A DNA stretch of 64,000 bases from Thermoplasmatota archaeon (GCA_041650455.1 JBAZLE010000001.1:157-64156); one strand, 5' to 3'. Counted from the stretch's first letter, positions 38,748-49,296 are shown. The notes: a model not told the origin generated them from the letters alone. A program made the numbers and translations.

Positions 38748-40382
38748 TCAATTTAATAAATCTATCAAGGAGAGTGCAGCTTGGATGTTCTTTGACGCAG
38801 AGATGCTTTCGATGATTCTTTCTATTAGAATTACTACGGATTGTGACCAGCGGAAAAATTTTAGTGTTAATACTGCGTGTTGCATCCTTTGTAGGGACAT
38901 CTCGTAGTTATCCTCCCAAAGGGTCCCAATGATTCCTTGTGAAGCGTTTGGTGCGTACAACCAAAGAAGTTCTGTAAGAAACGCCTGTTCCTGCATGTTC
39001 TTATCAAGCTCTGTGAGGAACGAAGTGATGTTGATACCACTGTGAATCATCAAAAGGGCGAGTGCTTCATTGGCTTCATTTTCGAACAGAAATACTGTTT
39101 CTACACCCTGGCACAGGGCTGTTATATTTCCATGACCATATTTCTGAAGCAGCTCGAGAGATACTGCAGCTGCCTCTCCGGTCTCGTAGGGGTCGTAGAA
39201 ATCGTTATCACAGATATGTACTGGGACATAAATCGAAGAGCACGCATGGTTTGCAGCAAACCACCCACTGCTTAACATGTCTGGATGGTCTTTTGGTATT
39301 TTAAATACCATCGCAGCCTCGTACAGGTAACGATCCTCACACAGGGGGCGAAGTCCATCAAGCTCTGCGGTATGCATCCGTGACCAGCGGATCATGTCCT
39401 GTACGGTGATAGTACCAATCGCAGGTTGTATCTTTTCGAGAAGCTCCTGTTCCCATGCATACACTGATGTACACATCGAAATCTTTGCGGTATTTTCCTC
39501 TATTTCCAACAGTTCTACACGAAATGGTCCGATAGTTGCTTGTTCCCCTACTGAGAGGGTGACTTGGGTGTCTTGCTCTTTATAAGTAAACAGGAATGCA
39601 GGGGCTACTGTTAGGGTAATCGTAGAAGGCGTTATTTGTTTGATTCGCACCCCACAGACAGACCCAAGACGGACAGTAGCGCCACGTCGAACCACTGTTT
39701 CTTTCTGTGCATCAAATGACGATGCAATCGGCAGCGATCTGATGAGCTGGGTTCGCCAAAGGTCTTTTGGGTAATTGGACATGACGAGAACTTCAGAGAT
39801 ATTTTTTATCGTGTACCGTAGTGCATCTGCTTCGATGACGACTGCTTTCTGAGGGCCAACCAAAAACAGATTCTCTGAGACGCCGGTGGCATGAAGCCGA
39901 TCTGTTGCTTCCTTGGTAAGTAAGAGGACTGCGTCGTCTTCGTTATCTGCGGTTTGGCAGGCGTACCTGATCCAATCAAAGTCATCCCATGCGTTCTTTG
40001 TTGGGTTAATCCAGTGTGAAAGCGTGTCTGCATCACCAAAGGCAAGTCCAGCATCAGTCAGTACCATCCCTGCTTTGACGATATTGGGGGGTGTGTCTCC
40101 CTGTGTTGCGACACCAAGAAACGTATGGGTGACAGTAAACTCCCAGGGTCTTCCGGTCCAGGGATGATGATAGGTGTAAAGTATCCCTTTTGGCACTCTG
40201 CAAAGGACTTGTAAGCCTTCGCGACTCGGGTCTCTGACTTTTAAAAAAAGACTGTAGTCGCCAGCAGTTGCCTCAGAGGGTATCACGATATCCTTGCAGC
40301 TTTTTCCAGCAGGGAGCGTGAGTAGAGAACAGAACAGAATGGATAGGAAAAGAATCGAAAGTACTTTCTGTTTTTCCCTCAT
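38748..40382 (-). CDS. Secreted Ntn-hydrolase-like cysteine peptidase (C45/C69-like)
   Basis: Signal peptide then CKDIVI...LFLKVRD (Cys29 as putative N-terminal nucleophile); SIYVP near the C-terminus. Confidence 0.55.
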   Translation of the reverse strand: MREKQKVLSILFLSILFCSLLTLPAGKSCKDIVIPSEATAGDYSLFLKVRDPSREGLQVLCRVPKGILYTYHHPWTGRPWEFTVTHTFLGVATQGDTPPNIVKAGMVLTDAGLAFGDADTLSHWINPTKNAWDDFDWIRYACQTADNEDDAVLLLTKEATDRLHATGVSENLFLVGPQKAVVIEADALRYTIKNISEVLVMSNYPKDLWRTQLIRSLPIASSFDAQKETVVRRGATVRLGSVCGVRIKQITPSTITLTVAPAFLFTYKEQDTQVTLSVGEQATIGPFRVELLEIEENTAKISMCTSVYAWEQELLEKIQPAIGTITVQDMIRWSRMHTAELDGLRPLCEDRYLYEAAMVFKIPKDHPDMLSSGWFAANHACSSIYVPVHICDNDFYDPYETGEAAAVSLELLQKYGHGNITALCQGVETVFLFENEANEALALLMIHSGINITSFLTELDKNMQEQAFLTELLWLYAPNASQGIIGTLWEDNYEMSLQRMQHAVLTLKFFRWSQSVVILIERIIESISASKNIQAALSLIDLLN

Positions 40383-40436
40383 ATAGGATTAAAATATAAA
40401 ACCAGAATATATAAACGTATGCTCCAAGAAACGGAC

Positions 40437-41327
40437 TTATTCAGCAGATTCTTCTTTCTTTTTCTTTGCTGTTTTCTTCGTGGTCGTTTTCTTCTTGGTG
40501 GAAGATTTTGCTTTTGTTTTCTTCTTTGGTGTCTCTTCCTTTTCCAAGTCCTCAGCGGTCAGTTCTTCTTCAATCGGTTCTTCTTTTTCTTCTGAGGTTG
40601 CCTCTTTTTCTGGTTGTTCTTCGGTCAGTTCTTCTTCCGAGGGAACTTCTGATTCTTCCGAGCTTGGTTCTTTTGGTTGTTCCTCTGGTTTCTCTACTGG
40701 TTCTGTTGGTTTTTCGTCTTCGATGATTACGGTCGGGAGGCGAATGATTTCTGTTTTATTGACCTCGATACGTTTCACGGGGTAGTAAATCTTACAGTGT
40801 TTGTAGATTTCGCTGCCGGTTTTTCCATCCAGGCAGTCTTTGATAAAGGAATTGAGTGTTTTCGCTTTTCCTTCTTTGGTGATGACCTCATTCATGACGT
40901 CCCTGATGAGTTTCTTTTGTGAGCTTTGAATTCGTTTCTCGGCGATCGCGAAGGGTTTTACTCGCAGGAGCGCGCCGTCCCTGGTCTCCACGTCGAAGAC
41001 CCCGTCAACACGGGACTTTCTCCGTCTGATCATCCGTCGGAGGTAATCTGAGGTGAGCAGATGACCTTTCAGTTGGGTATGTGCCGTGTTCTGTTCGATT
41101 TTATCGATGGAAAAGAGCAGTTTAATATGAGATTTCCGAAAATCATTGGTGATGTCTTGAAGGGACACTTCGGTGACTCTGCCAATGAGGCTTTCTGGTG
41201 TCTCTGCTAACGTCTCAGCGACCGGGACATTATTGAATAAGGATGGTGCGAGTATCGTGTACCAGTTTTTTGCTTTCCATCGGTCTTTGACTTTTCTGGT
41301 TGTCGTGCGTGCACGTGCTTTGGCCAT
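40437..41327 (-). CDS. rps3ae: Ribosomal protein eS1 (S3Ae) with long charged tail
   Basis: KVKDRWKAKNWYTILAP, DYLRRMIRRR, YPVKRIEVNK. Confidence 0.95.
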   Translation of the reverse strand: MAKARARTTTRKVKDRWKAKNWYTILAPSLFNNVPVAETLAETPESLIGRVTEVSLQDITNDFRKSHIKLLFSIDKIEQNTAHTQLKGHLLTSDYLRRMIRRRKSRVDGVFDVETRDGALLRVKPFAIAEKRIQSSQKKLIRDVMNEVITKEGKAKTLNSFIKDCLDGKTGSEIYKHCKIYYPVKRIEVNKTEIIRLPTVIIEDEKPTEPVEKPEEQPKEPSSEESEVPSEEELTEEQPEKEATSEEKEEPIEEELTAEDLEKEETPKKKTKAKSSTKKKTTTKKTAKKKKEESAE

Positions 41328-41535
41328 ATCTATCACTTATAATGATCGTCATTTTTATTATTAAGGGATTTTTGCAGTAATAGAGTTCTTATACTTAAAT
41401 GCTACGAGGGGGTCAGTAGTTCCGAAAGTAGGGAGGGACGACTGAAAAATCTGACGAAAAAAGTCGGTGGAGAATTCACGGAAATGTAACGGAGTCATAC
41501 CTTCGAGACGTTCAAGCGTATATGAAGAACCGCTG

Positions 41536-42333
41536 TTAAAAGGCATCAATGATCTTGAGATTTCGTTCTTTTGCTTTTTTTTGCAGCTCCTCCCGGAGTT
41601 CCTTGTAATAGCTTTTCTCTTCCAACAGATGAAGAGAAAACATATGCAGTATATCTCGGTTCTGCTGGAGTTTTTTCTCTACATTCTCCCAGATTCCTGG
41701 TCTCAGACGTAGCATATCTATCCAGAGTTCTTGGGCGCCGAGATTCTTGATTGTATCAAGGATTCTTGGGATTTCTGCCTTGGGTATTGTGGGGTACACC
41801 GGGCCAAAGAACACCGCTGTCCGCAGACCTGCCTCGGAACATTTTTTTAACGCGGCGAGCCGGTCTTGGATAGGGGATGCCCATGGTTCCAGAAGCCTTC
41901 GTTCTGCATCATGAATCGTTCCGATGCTGAACATGACCTGTGCATCAGAAAACCGTGACAACAGATCGATATCCCGGGTCACCAAGGCTGATTTTGTTTG
42001 GATGTGTGCCGGGAAATCATATCGGAGGAGTTGCTCTAAACAAAACCGAGTCAGCTGGTATCGCTGCTCCAGTGGCTGGTATGGGTCGGTGACCGTTGAT
42101 ATCCCCACCACGCCTGGTTTCTTGGTTTTTACCTCTTTTGCTAACACCAAGGGGATGTTTTTTTTCACTTCAATAAGTTGCCCCCAATCCTGCCGGGGTA
42201 TCCGGAGCACATTTGGTGCATAGCAATACGCGCAGTTATGCATGCATCCCCGGTAGGGATTCAACGAGTAATCAAGCCCAGGTAACGTTGAACGGGATAA
42301 CGCGGTTTTACACAGCACCTCTTGTGTTTTCAT
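41536..42333 (-). CDS. SPL-like DNA-repair radical SAM protein
   Basis: LNPYRGCMHNCAYCYA, TDPYQPLE, QTKS..RDIDLL. Confidence 0.9.
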   Translation of the reverse strand: MKTQEVLCKTALSRSTLPGLDYSLNPYRGCMHNCAYCYAPNVLRIPRQDWGQLIEVKKNIPLVLAKEVKTKKPGVVGISTVTDPYQPLEQRYQLTRFCLEQLLRYDFPAHIQTKSALVTRDIDLLSRFSDAQVMFSIGTIHDAERRLLEPWASPIQDRLAALKKCSEAGLRTAVFFGPVYPTIPKAEIPRILDTIKNLGAQELWIDMLRLRPGIWENVEKKLQQNRDILHMFSLHLLEEKSYYKELREELQKKAKERNLKIIDAF

Positions 42334-42334
42334 C

Positions 42335-43627
42335 TTATCTCACCATAAAATCTTCTAATTTCCTCTGGTATAGCTGGTTCTTCAGCACTGCGCTGTTCCG
42401 TATCCATCGTTGCACCGGGATATCCATGATTTCGGAAACGTAGATGAGTGATTCCTGGACAGTGTTGAATTTTTTCGGTGGTTGGGTCAACGCATGCCGC
42501 ACGCTTTCCCGAACGTTCCATACACCAATTGGCATGATATACCCCGGATGTGCCTCTCGGAGGATCACCACCCCTGCCTGGCGTCGTTCTTTGTTGAGGA
42601 GCTCGTTAACCGCGAGTCGCGCCGCATAATAGCACCCACCGATCTCCGCATACGTCGTCCGGCCCTCATAGAACTCATAGCTGTTGAAAATGGAAATCCC
42701 GGTCCCATACTGGTTCCAGGTCGTGTTCGGATACCATGCTTCAATGAGCTCATACTGCCATTCCGAGGGCGTCATCAGAATGATCCATCGATTATCAAAT
42801 TGATTCAGGTAGTACGCGCGGACCTCGTTGATGAAGGGATAGGTTTTTGTTTTTTTCATCAGCTCCGCACCAAGGGTTGAATCCACTGCGGTGATACTCC
42901 ATCGAGTTGGCACAAAGCGTCGGTTCTTTTTGATGCCAAATGCTCCGACACTAAACGCGCGTTGTATCTTTGAGATGAACACCCCATTTTTATAGATGTC
43001 AAGGATGGCATCCCGTGCTTTCAGGTCTGTGTCATAGTAGGCTTTTTCGATGTGTTGCTCGTATTTCGGGTTTGTGATATCCAAGGTTCTGAGTGGAGCA
43101 GATGGCCCATGTGGTTGGATTTCATCATAGAACGCTATCTTCCCGTAGGGTTTTTTTTCAAACACGGCGTCTGCGAACACTGCGTTCTTCGAAAGGGCTA
43201 GCTCCCTGGTGAATTCCACAATTCGGTGGGGGCTTTCAACGTTGGTGACATCCACGGTGAATTTTCCTCTGACGAGCTGACTACGGAAGTCCACGATGTC
43301 ATCGAGTGTTTTATGCAGCCATCGCTCTGGCGTATCGATTTCTGAGGTATCTCCCATGACTGGGGGGATCATCGGGCCTATTGCTACCTTTGGATATCCG
43401 ATCCTTCCAATAAAGACGCTTGGTGGTGATGCTCCCTCGAGTCGTAAACTGTTCAGTAACGGTTTTGTCTTTACTTTGGCATGATACCGGACAATCACTG
43501 GGCATCGGTTTTTGCCGCATAAAAACTTCGTTCCTCTGCAGAGAGCGCAGAGGCTTGTTGATTCCTTTTTCTGAGTAGGAAAAATTCTCTTCTGATTCTT
43601 TGTGACGTTTTGCACCAGATCCCCCAT
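42335..43627 (-). CDS. nreA: Archaeal DNA repair protein NreA
   Basis: CALCRG..LCG..CP, SPPSVFIG, VPTRWSITAVD, GVWNVRE, C-terminal PIP box QRKLEDF. Confidence 0.92.
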   Translation of the reverse strand: MGDLVQNVTKNQKRIFPTQKKESTSLCALCRGTKFLCGKNRCPVIVRYHAKVKTKPLLNSLRLEGASPPSVFIGRIGYPKVAIGPMIPPVMGDTSEIDTPERWLHKTLDDIVDFRSQLVRGKFTVDVTNVESPHRIVEFTRELALSKNAVFADAVFEKKPYGKIAFYDEIQPHGPSAPLRTLDITNPKYEQHIEKAYYDTDLKARDAILDIYKNGVFISKIQRAFSVGAFGIKKNRRFVPTRWSITAVDSTLGAELMKKTKTYPFINEVRAYYLNQFDNRWIILMTPSEWQYELIEAWYPNTTWNQYGTGISIFNSYEFYEGRTTYAEIGGCYYAARLAVNELLNKERRQAGVVILREAHPGYIMPIGVWNVRESVRHALTQPPKKFNTVQESLIYVSEIMDIPVQRWIRNSAVLKNQLYQRKLEDFMVR

Positions 43628-43710
43628 GGTTCAAACACTCTTTTATACCTTTATTGGAGAGCAGTGAAAGTATATATTTATTTATCTTTCAGAGACGGGT
43701 CACGGATTTT

Positions 43711-44304
43711 TCATACGATTCGTCTCACCCAACAGATGGTATATTTCCCGATAGTAAACTTTTTATCGACAATCCATCCATCCCTCATATAGAAATGGAA
43801 CGCTGGTCTACTGGTATTTGTTACGCCAGTCACCCCTCCGTACCCATTCGTTTTGGCATAGTCATATAAAAAATTTAACATCGAACGGCCATATCCTTTC
43901 TGCTGATACTGTGCTTTGGTTCCATAGAAGATAAGCTCAAGGCATTTTTTGTCGTATACTGGTTTATTTTTGTTGTACGCCCAGAGCTGTTGAATACCTT
44001 TTAACTTTAAGGTCCTCAGCAGGGAAAACCCAAAGGGAATGGTCCTTACAAAACTTGGTTTGCTATCAGAATCAATACAGATTCCAACGCAGACAAGATG
44101 ATCGTCTTTTTTGATGCCAAATATTTTTATCGAACCTGTTTTTTTGTATAATTTGATTAAACTTCGGATGATTGTTTCTGTATGTTTAGGGTTTTCGATC
44201 AGTGCTGGTATCTGAGGGGAGTCATGAAATGCAGTAATGATAATCTCCATATATTCAGGTTCATTTTGTTCATTTAGCTCTCTGATTTTTTGCTCATGGG
44301 ACAT
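43711..44304 (-). CDS. GNAT N-acetyltransferase
   Basis: QYQQKGYGRSML acetyl-CoA motif; FYMRDGW. Confidence 0.8.
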   Translation of the reverse strand: MSHEQKIRELNEQNEPEYMEIIITAFHDSPQIPALIENPKHTETIIRSLIKLYKKTGSIKIFGIKKDDHLVCVGICIDSDSKPSFVRTIPFGFSLLRTLKLKGIQQLWAYNKNKPVYDKKCLELIFYGTKAQYQQKGYGRSMLNFLYDYAKTNGYGGVTGVTNTSRPAFHFYMRDGWIVDKKFTIGKYTICWVRRIV

Positions 44305-44332
44305 CTATTCAACCCCTTTTACAATGAAGTTT

Positions 44333-45205
44333 TTATTTTTTTTCTCCTACCGCACCGATATAGCGATGAGTGACTGCAATATACTCTTTTGACGAATAAT
44401 GCTGTTGGAGGAGCTCACCAGTTCGTGTGATGATTTTTTCTTTCCGATTTTCATCGATGAGTTGTATAATTCCTGCTGCGACACCTGATTTTATCAATTG
44501 TTCCATGACGGGTTCTGTTCTGTCGAATGGGAAGATCTCCCTTCCTTTCCAGGCATCAATGATCTTAAAACCGTTCATTCTCATCCTGTGAATCAGGGTT
44601 CCTGTCGTGAGATAAAACTGTGGTTTTATATAAGAGATCAACGCAGTCGGTTCTTCTGATACTGCTATAAGAAAACAGAACACAAACTCCCAGTTCGACA
44701 ATATGCTATTATCAATGATTCCTATTTTTCCATGGACACTGAGGGTTCTTTGAGCCTCAAAAAGAATCTGTGGTGGAAGATACCCTAGGCCCCATGCACA
44801 GGTAATACAATCATAACTCTGTGAGGGTTGGTTTTTTAGAAAATGATACGCATCATCATGGACAAAACGGCAGGTATCGCCGTATTTTTTTTGTGCCACA
44901 GCAATCATTTGGTCCGATGAGTCAACACCAGTAACGACACCCTCTGTGAGCTCAGAAAGTTTTTGTGTCACAAAACCTGTGCCACATGTCAGGTCAAGGC
45001 ATTTCCCCTGTTTTGGGGGTTCTACTCTTTTTAGCAGGTCCTCAGAAAGGGAGGCCATATATGTTGTCCAAAACGTATCATAGAAAGAGGCGACCTCATT
45101 GTAGCCAGTTTGTACGAGCTTGCTTGAATCATTTCTCTGGTTCAGACAAAGATCAAAGGCTCGCAGACCTAGTTTGAACCACTGTCGATGAAGAATTCCT
45201 CTCAC
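44333..45205 (-). CDS. Class I SAM-dependent methyltransferase
   Basis: CLDLTCGTG, GVDSSDQM. Confidence 0.85.
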   Translation of the reverse strand: MRGILHRQWFKLGLRAFDLCLNQRNDSSKLVQTGYNEVASFYDTFWTTYMASLSEDLLKRVEPPKQGKCLDLTCGTGFVTQKLSELTEGVVTGVDSSDQMIAVAQKKYGDTCRFVHDDAYHFLKNQPSQSYDCITCAWGLGYLPPQILFEAQRTLSVHGKIGIIDNSILSNWEFVFCFLIAVSEEPTALISYIKPQFYLTTGTLIHRMRMNGFKIIDAWKGREIFPFDRTEPVMEQLIKSGVAAGIIQLIDENRKEKIITRTGELLQQHYSSKEYIAVTHRYIGAVGEKK

Positions 45206-45270
45206 CCATTTCCATGTTGATGTAATGATAAGAAAAATATCCCAGGTTGTTATTAAGCTTTAGGATGATG

Positions 45271-45663
45271 TTAAGGGATTTTTATTTTTCTTCGTAACGT
45301 CTCAAGCCACGAGGGTATTCCTTCGACGGTCCGACACATGCATCGTTGAGCGAATATCTGCCGGTATCTCATGTCGCATTCCACACGATTCTCAAGATTT
45401 TTTTTAATGGAGGCACCAAGTCGTCCACCACGCCAGTCCCAATCGGTGAGTAAGATGATTTTCGTATATTTCTGGGCTATGGTGTCACAAAAATTAGACA
45501 CGGACTGTCCTTTGTTAAACCGGATAATCTCACCGGTCATCTCAAGTCTGCGTAATGCAGCGATATCCTTTTCTCCCTCTACGATGATGGGAACTGTTGT
45601 ATTCTCCTCACGTAGTTCAACGAGTGTTTCTTCTAATTCTTGGACTGTTTGTTCATCATCCAT
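45271..45663 (-). CDS. Stand-alone Toprim domain protein
   Basis: IIVEGEKD, LLTDWDWRG. Confidence 0.85.
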   Translation of the reverse strand: MDDEQTVQELEETLVELREENTTVPIIVEGEKDIAALRRLEMTGEIIRFNKGQSVSNFCDTIAQKYTKIILLTDWDWRGGRLGASIKKNLENRVECDMRYRQIFAQRCMCRTVEGIPSWLETLRRKIKIP

Positions 45664-45976
45664 GGAAAACCGTCCCCAGTTTTGCATGCACCGCTTCAAG
45701 AGAGATGTTCTTCAGGCATACGGTTTTTTCCCTGGTCTTCTCACCACTGACCAGCAGCACCTGTTTTCCTTCCAGGTGAAAAAACTGTGCGATGGTTTTG
45801 ACCACTTCACTGTTTGCTTTATTCTCCTTTGCTTCAGCCTTGACCTTGATTTCTAGAGACTTTCGCCAGGGATTATATTGTACTGGAAAAGACGTGTGCG
45901 TCGACCCTGGAACCACATGCAAGCATAGAAGAACGCCTTGCTTTGATGCTTTCACTGCATCCGTATATGAAGTCAT
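45656..45976 (-). CDS. DUF167/YggU family protein
   Basis: HVVPGS, KENKANSE, SGEKTREK. Confidence 0.85.
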   Translation of the reverse strand: MTSYTDAVKASKQGVLLCLHVVPGSTHTSFPVQYNPWRKSLEIKVKAEAKENKANSEVVKTIAQFFHLEGKQVLLVSGEKTREKTVCLKNISLEAVHAKLGTVFHG

Positions 45977-45995
45977 ACTCTCGACGGAACACCAA

Positions 45996-46355
45996 TTACG
46001 ATTGTGTCAATTTCAGGATGGCCTCTGCAAGGTCCCCGTTCGTCTCCTGTAACGCCTTTCGCACCTCTGCCTCGGATTTGCCTGTTTGTTCCATGATCAA
46101 CTGAATATCCTCTTTTTGTGTGTCTTGGGGCTCTTGACCTCTGTTTTTCACGGTTGGGTTCCCGATGATTTGGAACGTCTTCTGACCCTGCGCCTCCATC
46201 ACCGTCACCTCCGCGGAGTCAAAGATATATTCCTTTGTGTCTGTTTCAATAATTACCTTCTCTACATTATCGATGTTCTTGACATTGATCCCGAAACGTT
46301 TCATCATCTGAGCAAGTTGCCTGCTATTCATCTTCCCTGGCATCATAGGTAACAA
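45996..46355 (-). CDS. nac: Nascent polypeptide-associated complex protein
   Basis: QMMKRFGI, GQKTFQI, C-terminal UBA-like GDLAEAI. Confidence 0.93.
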   Translation of the reverse strand: MLPMMPGKMNSRQLAQMMKRFGINVKNIDNVEKVIIETDTKEYIFDSAEVTVMEAQGQKTFQIIGNPTVKNRGQEPQDTQKEDIQLIMEQTGKSEAEVRKALQETNGDLAEAILKLTQS

Positions 46356-46410
46356 ATCCTGGTATGGTTCCGAAGCATATATAGCGTTCTATTCGTTTAA
46401 CATTTTTGGT

Positions 46411-47862
46411 ATGATATCAGAAGCAGAAATGAAAGTGCTGGATCGGAACGCTGAGTACTTTGGAGTACCAACGTTGCATCTCATGGAGAATGCAGGCAGA
46501 GGTGTCGCTGAGTTTGTCAGAAACACCATCAAAGACACAAAAAAAACCATCCTTCTCCTGTGTGGAACCGGAAACAACGGAGGGGATGGGTTTGTCGCAG
46601 CGCGGTATCTCACGCAATATTACAAGGTGACTATCTTTCTTGCTGGAGCGGAGGTCAAAACGGAAAATGCCAAGGAGAATTTCCATAAACTCCAAACCTA
46701 CGAAGTAAAAATCTACAACTCCTTACAAGACCTAGACCGACTTCTGACAGAACACGAAGTCCTCATCGACGCGCTCCTTGGGACCGGGCTTTCCGGTGAG
46801 CTGAAAGACCCCTATTCCACGATGGTAAAAAAAATCAAACAAACACCGAAAAAAATCATCCTCTCTGTTGATGTCCCGACCGGTCTGGGTTCCACACAAG
46901 CAATCAAACCTGATTACACGCTTACATTTCATGAGAAAAAAGAAGGGATGAATGAAACGAACAGCGGAAAAATCACGATCGTTGACATCGGTATCCCTCA
47001 AGAGGCGCTCGCCTATGTCGGACCCGGGGAGCTTTCCGTGTTCTATCCACGTCATGCGCAAAAATCACACAAAGGCGATAACGGGATCGTCCTGGTGATC
47101 GGTGGCGGACCGTATATTGGAGCACCCGCGCTCAGTGGTCTTGCTGCACTACGAACCGGTGTCGATCTGGTCTATATTGCAACACCACAACGTTCCTGGG
47201 AATCTGTCGCTGCGTTTTCACCAAATTTCATTGTCAAAGATCTCACACATGATCTGCTTACGAAAGAAGACATCCCGATTATCGAAGAACTTCTTGGAAA
47301 ATGCACCGGAGTCATTCTTGGCCCCGGGCTTGGCACTGCCTCAGAAACAGAAGAAGCCATTCTCCCGTTACTTCAATGTATCATCGCGGAAAAAAAACCC
47401 TTAGTCCTGGATGCAGATGCCATCAAACCCGTCGGAGAAAACCTTTCACTCATTAAAAATTCACCAACTGTCGTCACTCCCCATGTCGGTGAATTCAAAA
47501 AACTCACAGGAATCGCACTGTCACAGGACCTTGACACGCGGATTGCGGTCGTGAAAGAATGGGCCAAAAAACTCGGGATAACGATTTTCTTAAAAGGATA
47601 CATTGATATCCTCAGCGACGGAGAACACATCAAACAAAATAAAGTCCATAATGAAGCGATGACCGTTGGCGGGACCGGAGACGTCCTGGCAGGCATCATT
47701 GGAGCGTTACTCTCAAAAGGAGTACGACCGTTTGAGGCTGTCAGGATCGCCGCATTCCTCAACGGAGAAGCAGGTAACGAGACATTTCAAAAAAAATCCT
47801 ATGGGTTGCTTGCCACCGATATCATCGATGAAATCCCGACTATCCTGAAAAAATATCTCTAA
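46411..47862 (+). CDS. nnr: Bifunctional NAD(P)HX epimerase/dehydratase
   Basis: LMENAG, GNNGGDG, HKGDNG, TPHVGEF, GGTGDVLAG. Confidence 0.95.
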   Translation: MISEAEMKVLDRNAEYFGVPTLHLMENAGRGVAEFVRNTIKDTKKTILLLCGTGNNGGDGFVAARYLTQYYKVTIFLAGAEVKTENAKENFHKLQTYEVKIYNSLQDLDRLLTEHEVLIDALLGTGLSGELKDPYSTMVKKIKQTPKKIILSVDVPTGLGSTQAIKPDYTLTFHEKKEGMNETNSGKITIVDIGIPQEALAYVGPGELSVFYPRHAQKSHKGDNGIVLVIGGGPYIGAPALSGLAALRTGVDLVYIATPQRSWESVAAFSPNFIVKDLTHDLLTKEDIPIIEELLGKCTGVILGPGLGTASETEEAILPLLQCIIAEKKPLVLDADAIKPVGENLSLIKNSPTVVTPHVGEFKKLTGIALSQDLDTRIAVVKEWAKKLGITIFLKGYIDILSDGEHIKQNKVHNEAMTVGGTGDVLAGIIGALLSKGVRPFEAVRIAAFLNGEAGNETFQKKSYGLLATDIIDEIPTILKKYL

Positions 47863-47899
47863 CCTTCTTTTAACACCATTTTTTCGAAGAAGTATCTCT

Positions 47900-48190
47900 C
47901 TATTCCCAGATTGCTTTGACTTCCTGGTGTTTCACAAGCTCTCCAGCAACTTGATACAACACCCATGCGAGAAAGGCGGGTTCTTGTTTCATCTCCTCAG
48001 AGAGTACTGTAGCGATCTTCTGTTTCATCTCTTGTTCTAGTTTATCAGGATTTTTCGGCCACTCTGCATACTGATATTTTTTCATCCATTCTGCAGTGTG
48101 GTTGATCACTTCGGTCTTTCTATCCGCGATCTTCCGTACTGCTTTCTCAGTTTTTTTCACAAACATTCCCGACGATTTCTTTTCCCACAT
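47900..48190 (-). CDS. Hypothetical protein
   Basis: 96-aa ORF filling the gap, upstream TATA-like box. Confidence 0.55.
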   Translation of the reverse strand: MWEKKSSGMFVKKTEKAVRKIADRKTEVINHTAEWMKKYQYAEWPKNPDKLEQEMKQKIATVLSEEMKQEPAFLAWVLYQVAGELVKHQEVKAIWE

Positions 48191-48314
48191 GATTCCATCC
48201 TTACCACAGATATCGCTCTGAGCGATAAAAGCCTTTATGTTATGTTAAAAAAACGTTTAAGAACTCTTTTGTAATCAGCGGTTTAGATGAAGTATTTCCC
48301 AATATAGGTGACCT

Positions 48315-49064
48315 ATGCAGCCAAACCTTCAACCACTCATCGATGAGCCCGCGCTTCTGCTCAAAGAAAAAAACTTGCTTGTCATTGCAGATCTTCACAT
48401 TGGTATCGAAAGCGAATTACGGGAAAAGGGACTGCAAGTGCCCTCCCAGACAAAGTTAATGGAAGAACGATTGATTTCCCTTGTTACAAAACACACCATA
48501 CAGGATATTATTTTTCTTGGAGATATTAAACATACGATTCCTTCTTCGACTCGTGAAGAACGGACGGATGTGAAAAACTTTCTGGGTGTTATGAAATCGT
48601 ATGGTACCCTTCACATTCTCCCAGGGAATCATGATGGGAATATTAATCGGTTCCTCGCACCCGGTATTCAACTTCATCCCTCTGATGGGTTTGTTTTTGA
48701 GGGAATCGGCTTTACCCATGGTCACCGTAAACCCTCTCCTGACGTTATGCACTGCGATCAAGTGGTCATCGGTCATTCTCATCCATTGGTATTATTAATA
48801 GATCGTCTTGGTTATCGGACGTTTGAACAATGTTGGTTGAGAGGTTCTCCGCTTCCTCATATTCTCCAAGAGAAATATCCTGAGTCACCAACGTCCCAAA
48901 TTCTTCTCATGCCCGCGTTTAACCCGTTATGTGGCGGAACCGCGGTGAATCAAGATTCCTTGCTGGGGCCGTTTAGTTCCCTTATTGATGTGGACAATGC
49001 TGAGTTGTATCTGCTGGATGGTTCGTCACTGGGGAAAGTCAAAGACATCAGAGAATCAAGTTAA
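48315..49064 (+). CDS. Metallophosphoesterase (archaeal ICC-like)
   Basis: ADLHIG, LGD, GNHD, HGH, GHSHP, MPAFN. Confidence 0.88.
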   Translation: MQPNLQPLIDEPALLLKEKNLLVIADLHIGIESELREKGLQVPSQTKLMEERLISLVTKHTIQDIIFLGDIKHTIPSSTREERTDVKNFLGVMKSYGTLHILPGNHDGNINRFLAPGIQLHPSDGFVFEGIGFTHGHRKPSPDVMHCDQVVIGHSHPLVLLIDRLGYRTFEQCWLRGSPLPHILQEKYPESPTSQILLMPAFNPLCGGTAVNQDSLLGPFSSLIDVDNAELYLLDGSSLGKVKDIRESS

Positions 49065-49113
49065 TCTTAAATATACCATATGATATACGAAACCGACTTA
49101 TTACAACCTACCG

Positions 49114-49296
49114 ATGTCTATGGAACTGAATCTCTCTGAAAAAGTCAGCAGCCTACTGCAGGCAATATTTCTCCTTATTCTACCTTGGATTGTCCTCATT
49201 ATCGGACTTGTGGTATCAATTGAGAATGTCTGGTTTTACCTGTTATGTGTCACTTGGTTTGGTTGTGGTCTTATCTTTTTTGAAACCTTGAATTAG
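49114..49296 (+). CDS. Small two-TM membrane protein
   Basis: 60 aa with two hydrophobic stretches. Confidence 0.55.
   Translation: MSMELNLSEKVSSLLQAIFLLILPWIVLIIGLVVSIENVWFYLLCVTWFGCGLIFFETLN

Noticed and set aside
41340..41535. ncRNA between rps3ae and the radical SAM gene
   Set aside because: Purine-rich, but I found no convincing stem or correctly ordered box motifs; the TATA present is explained by rps3ae.
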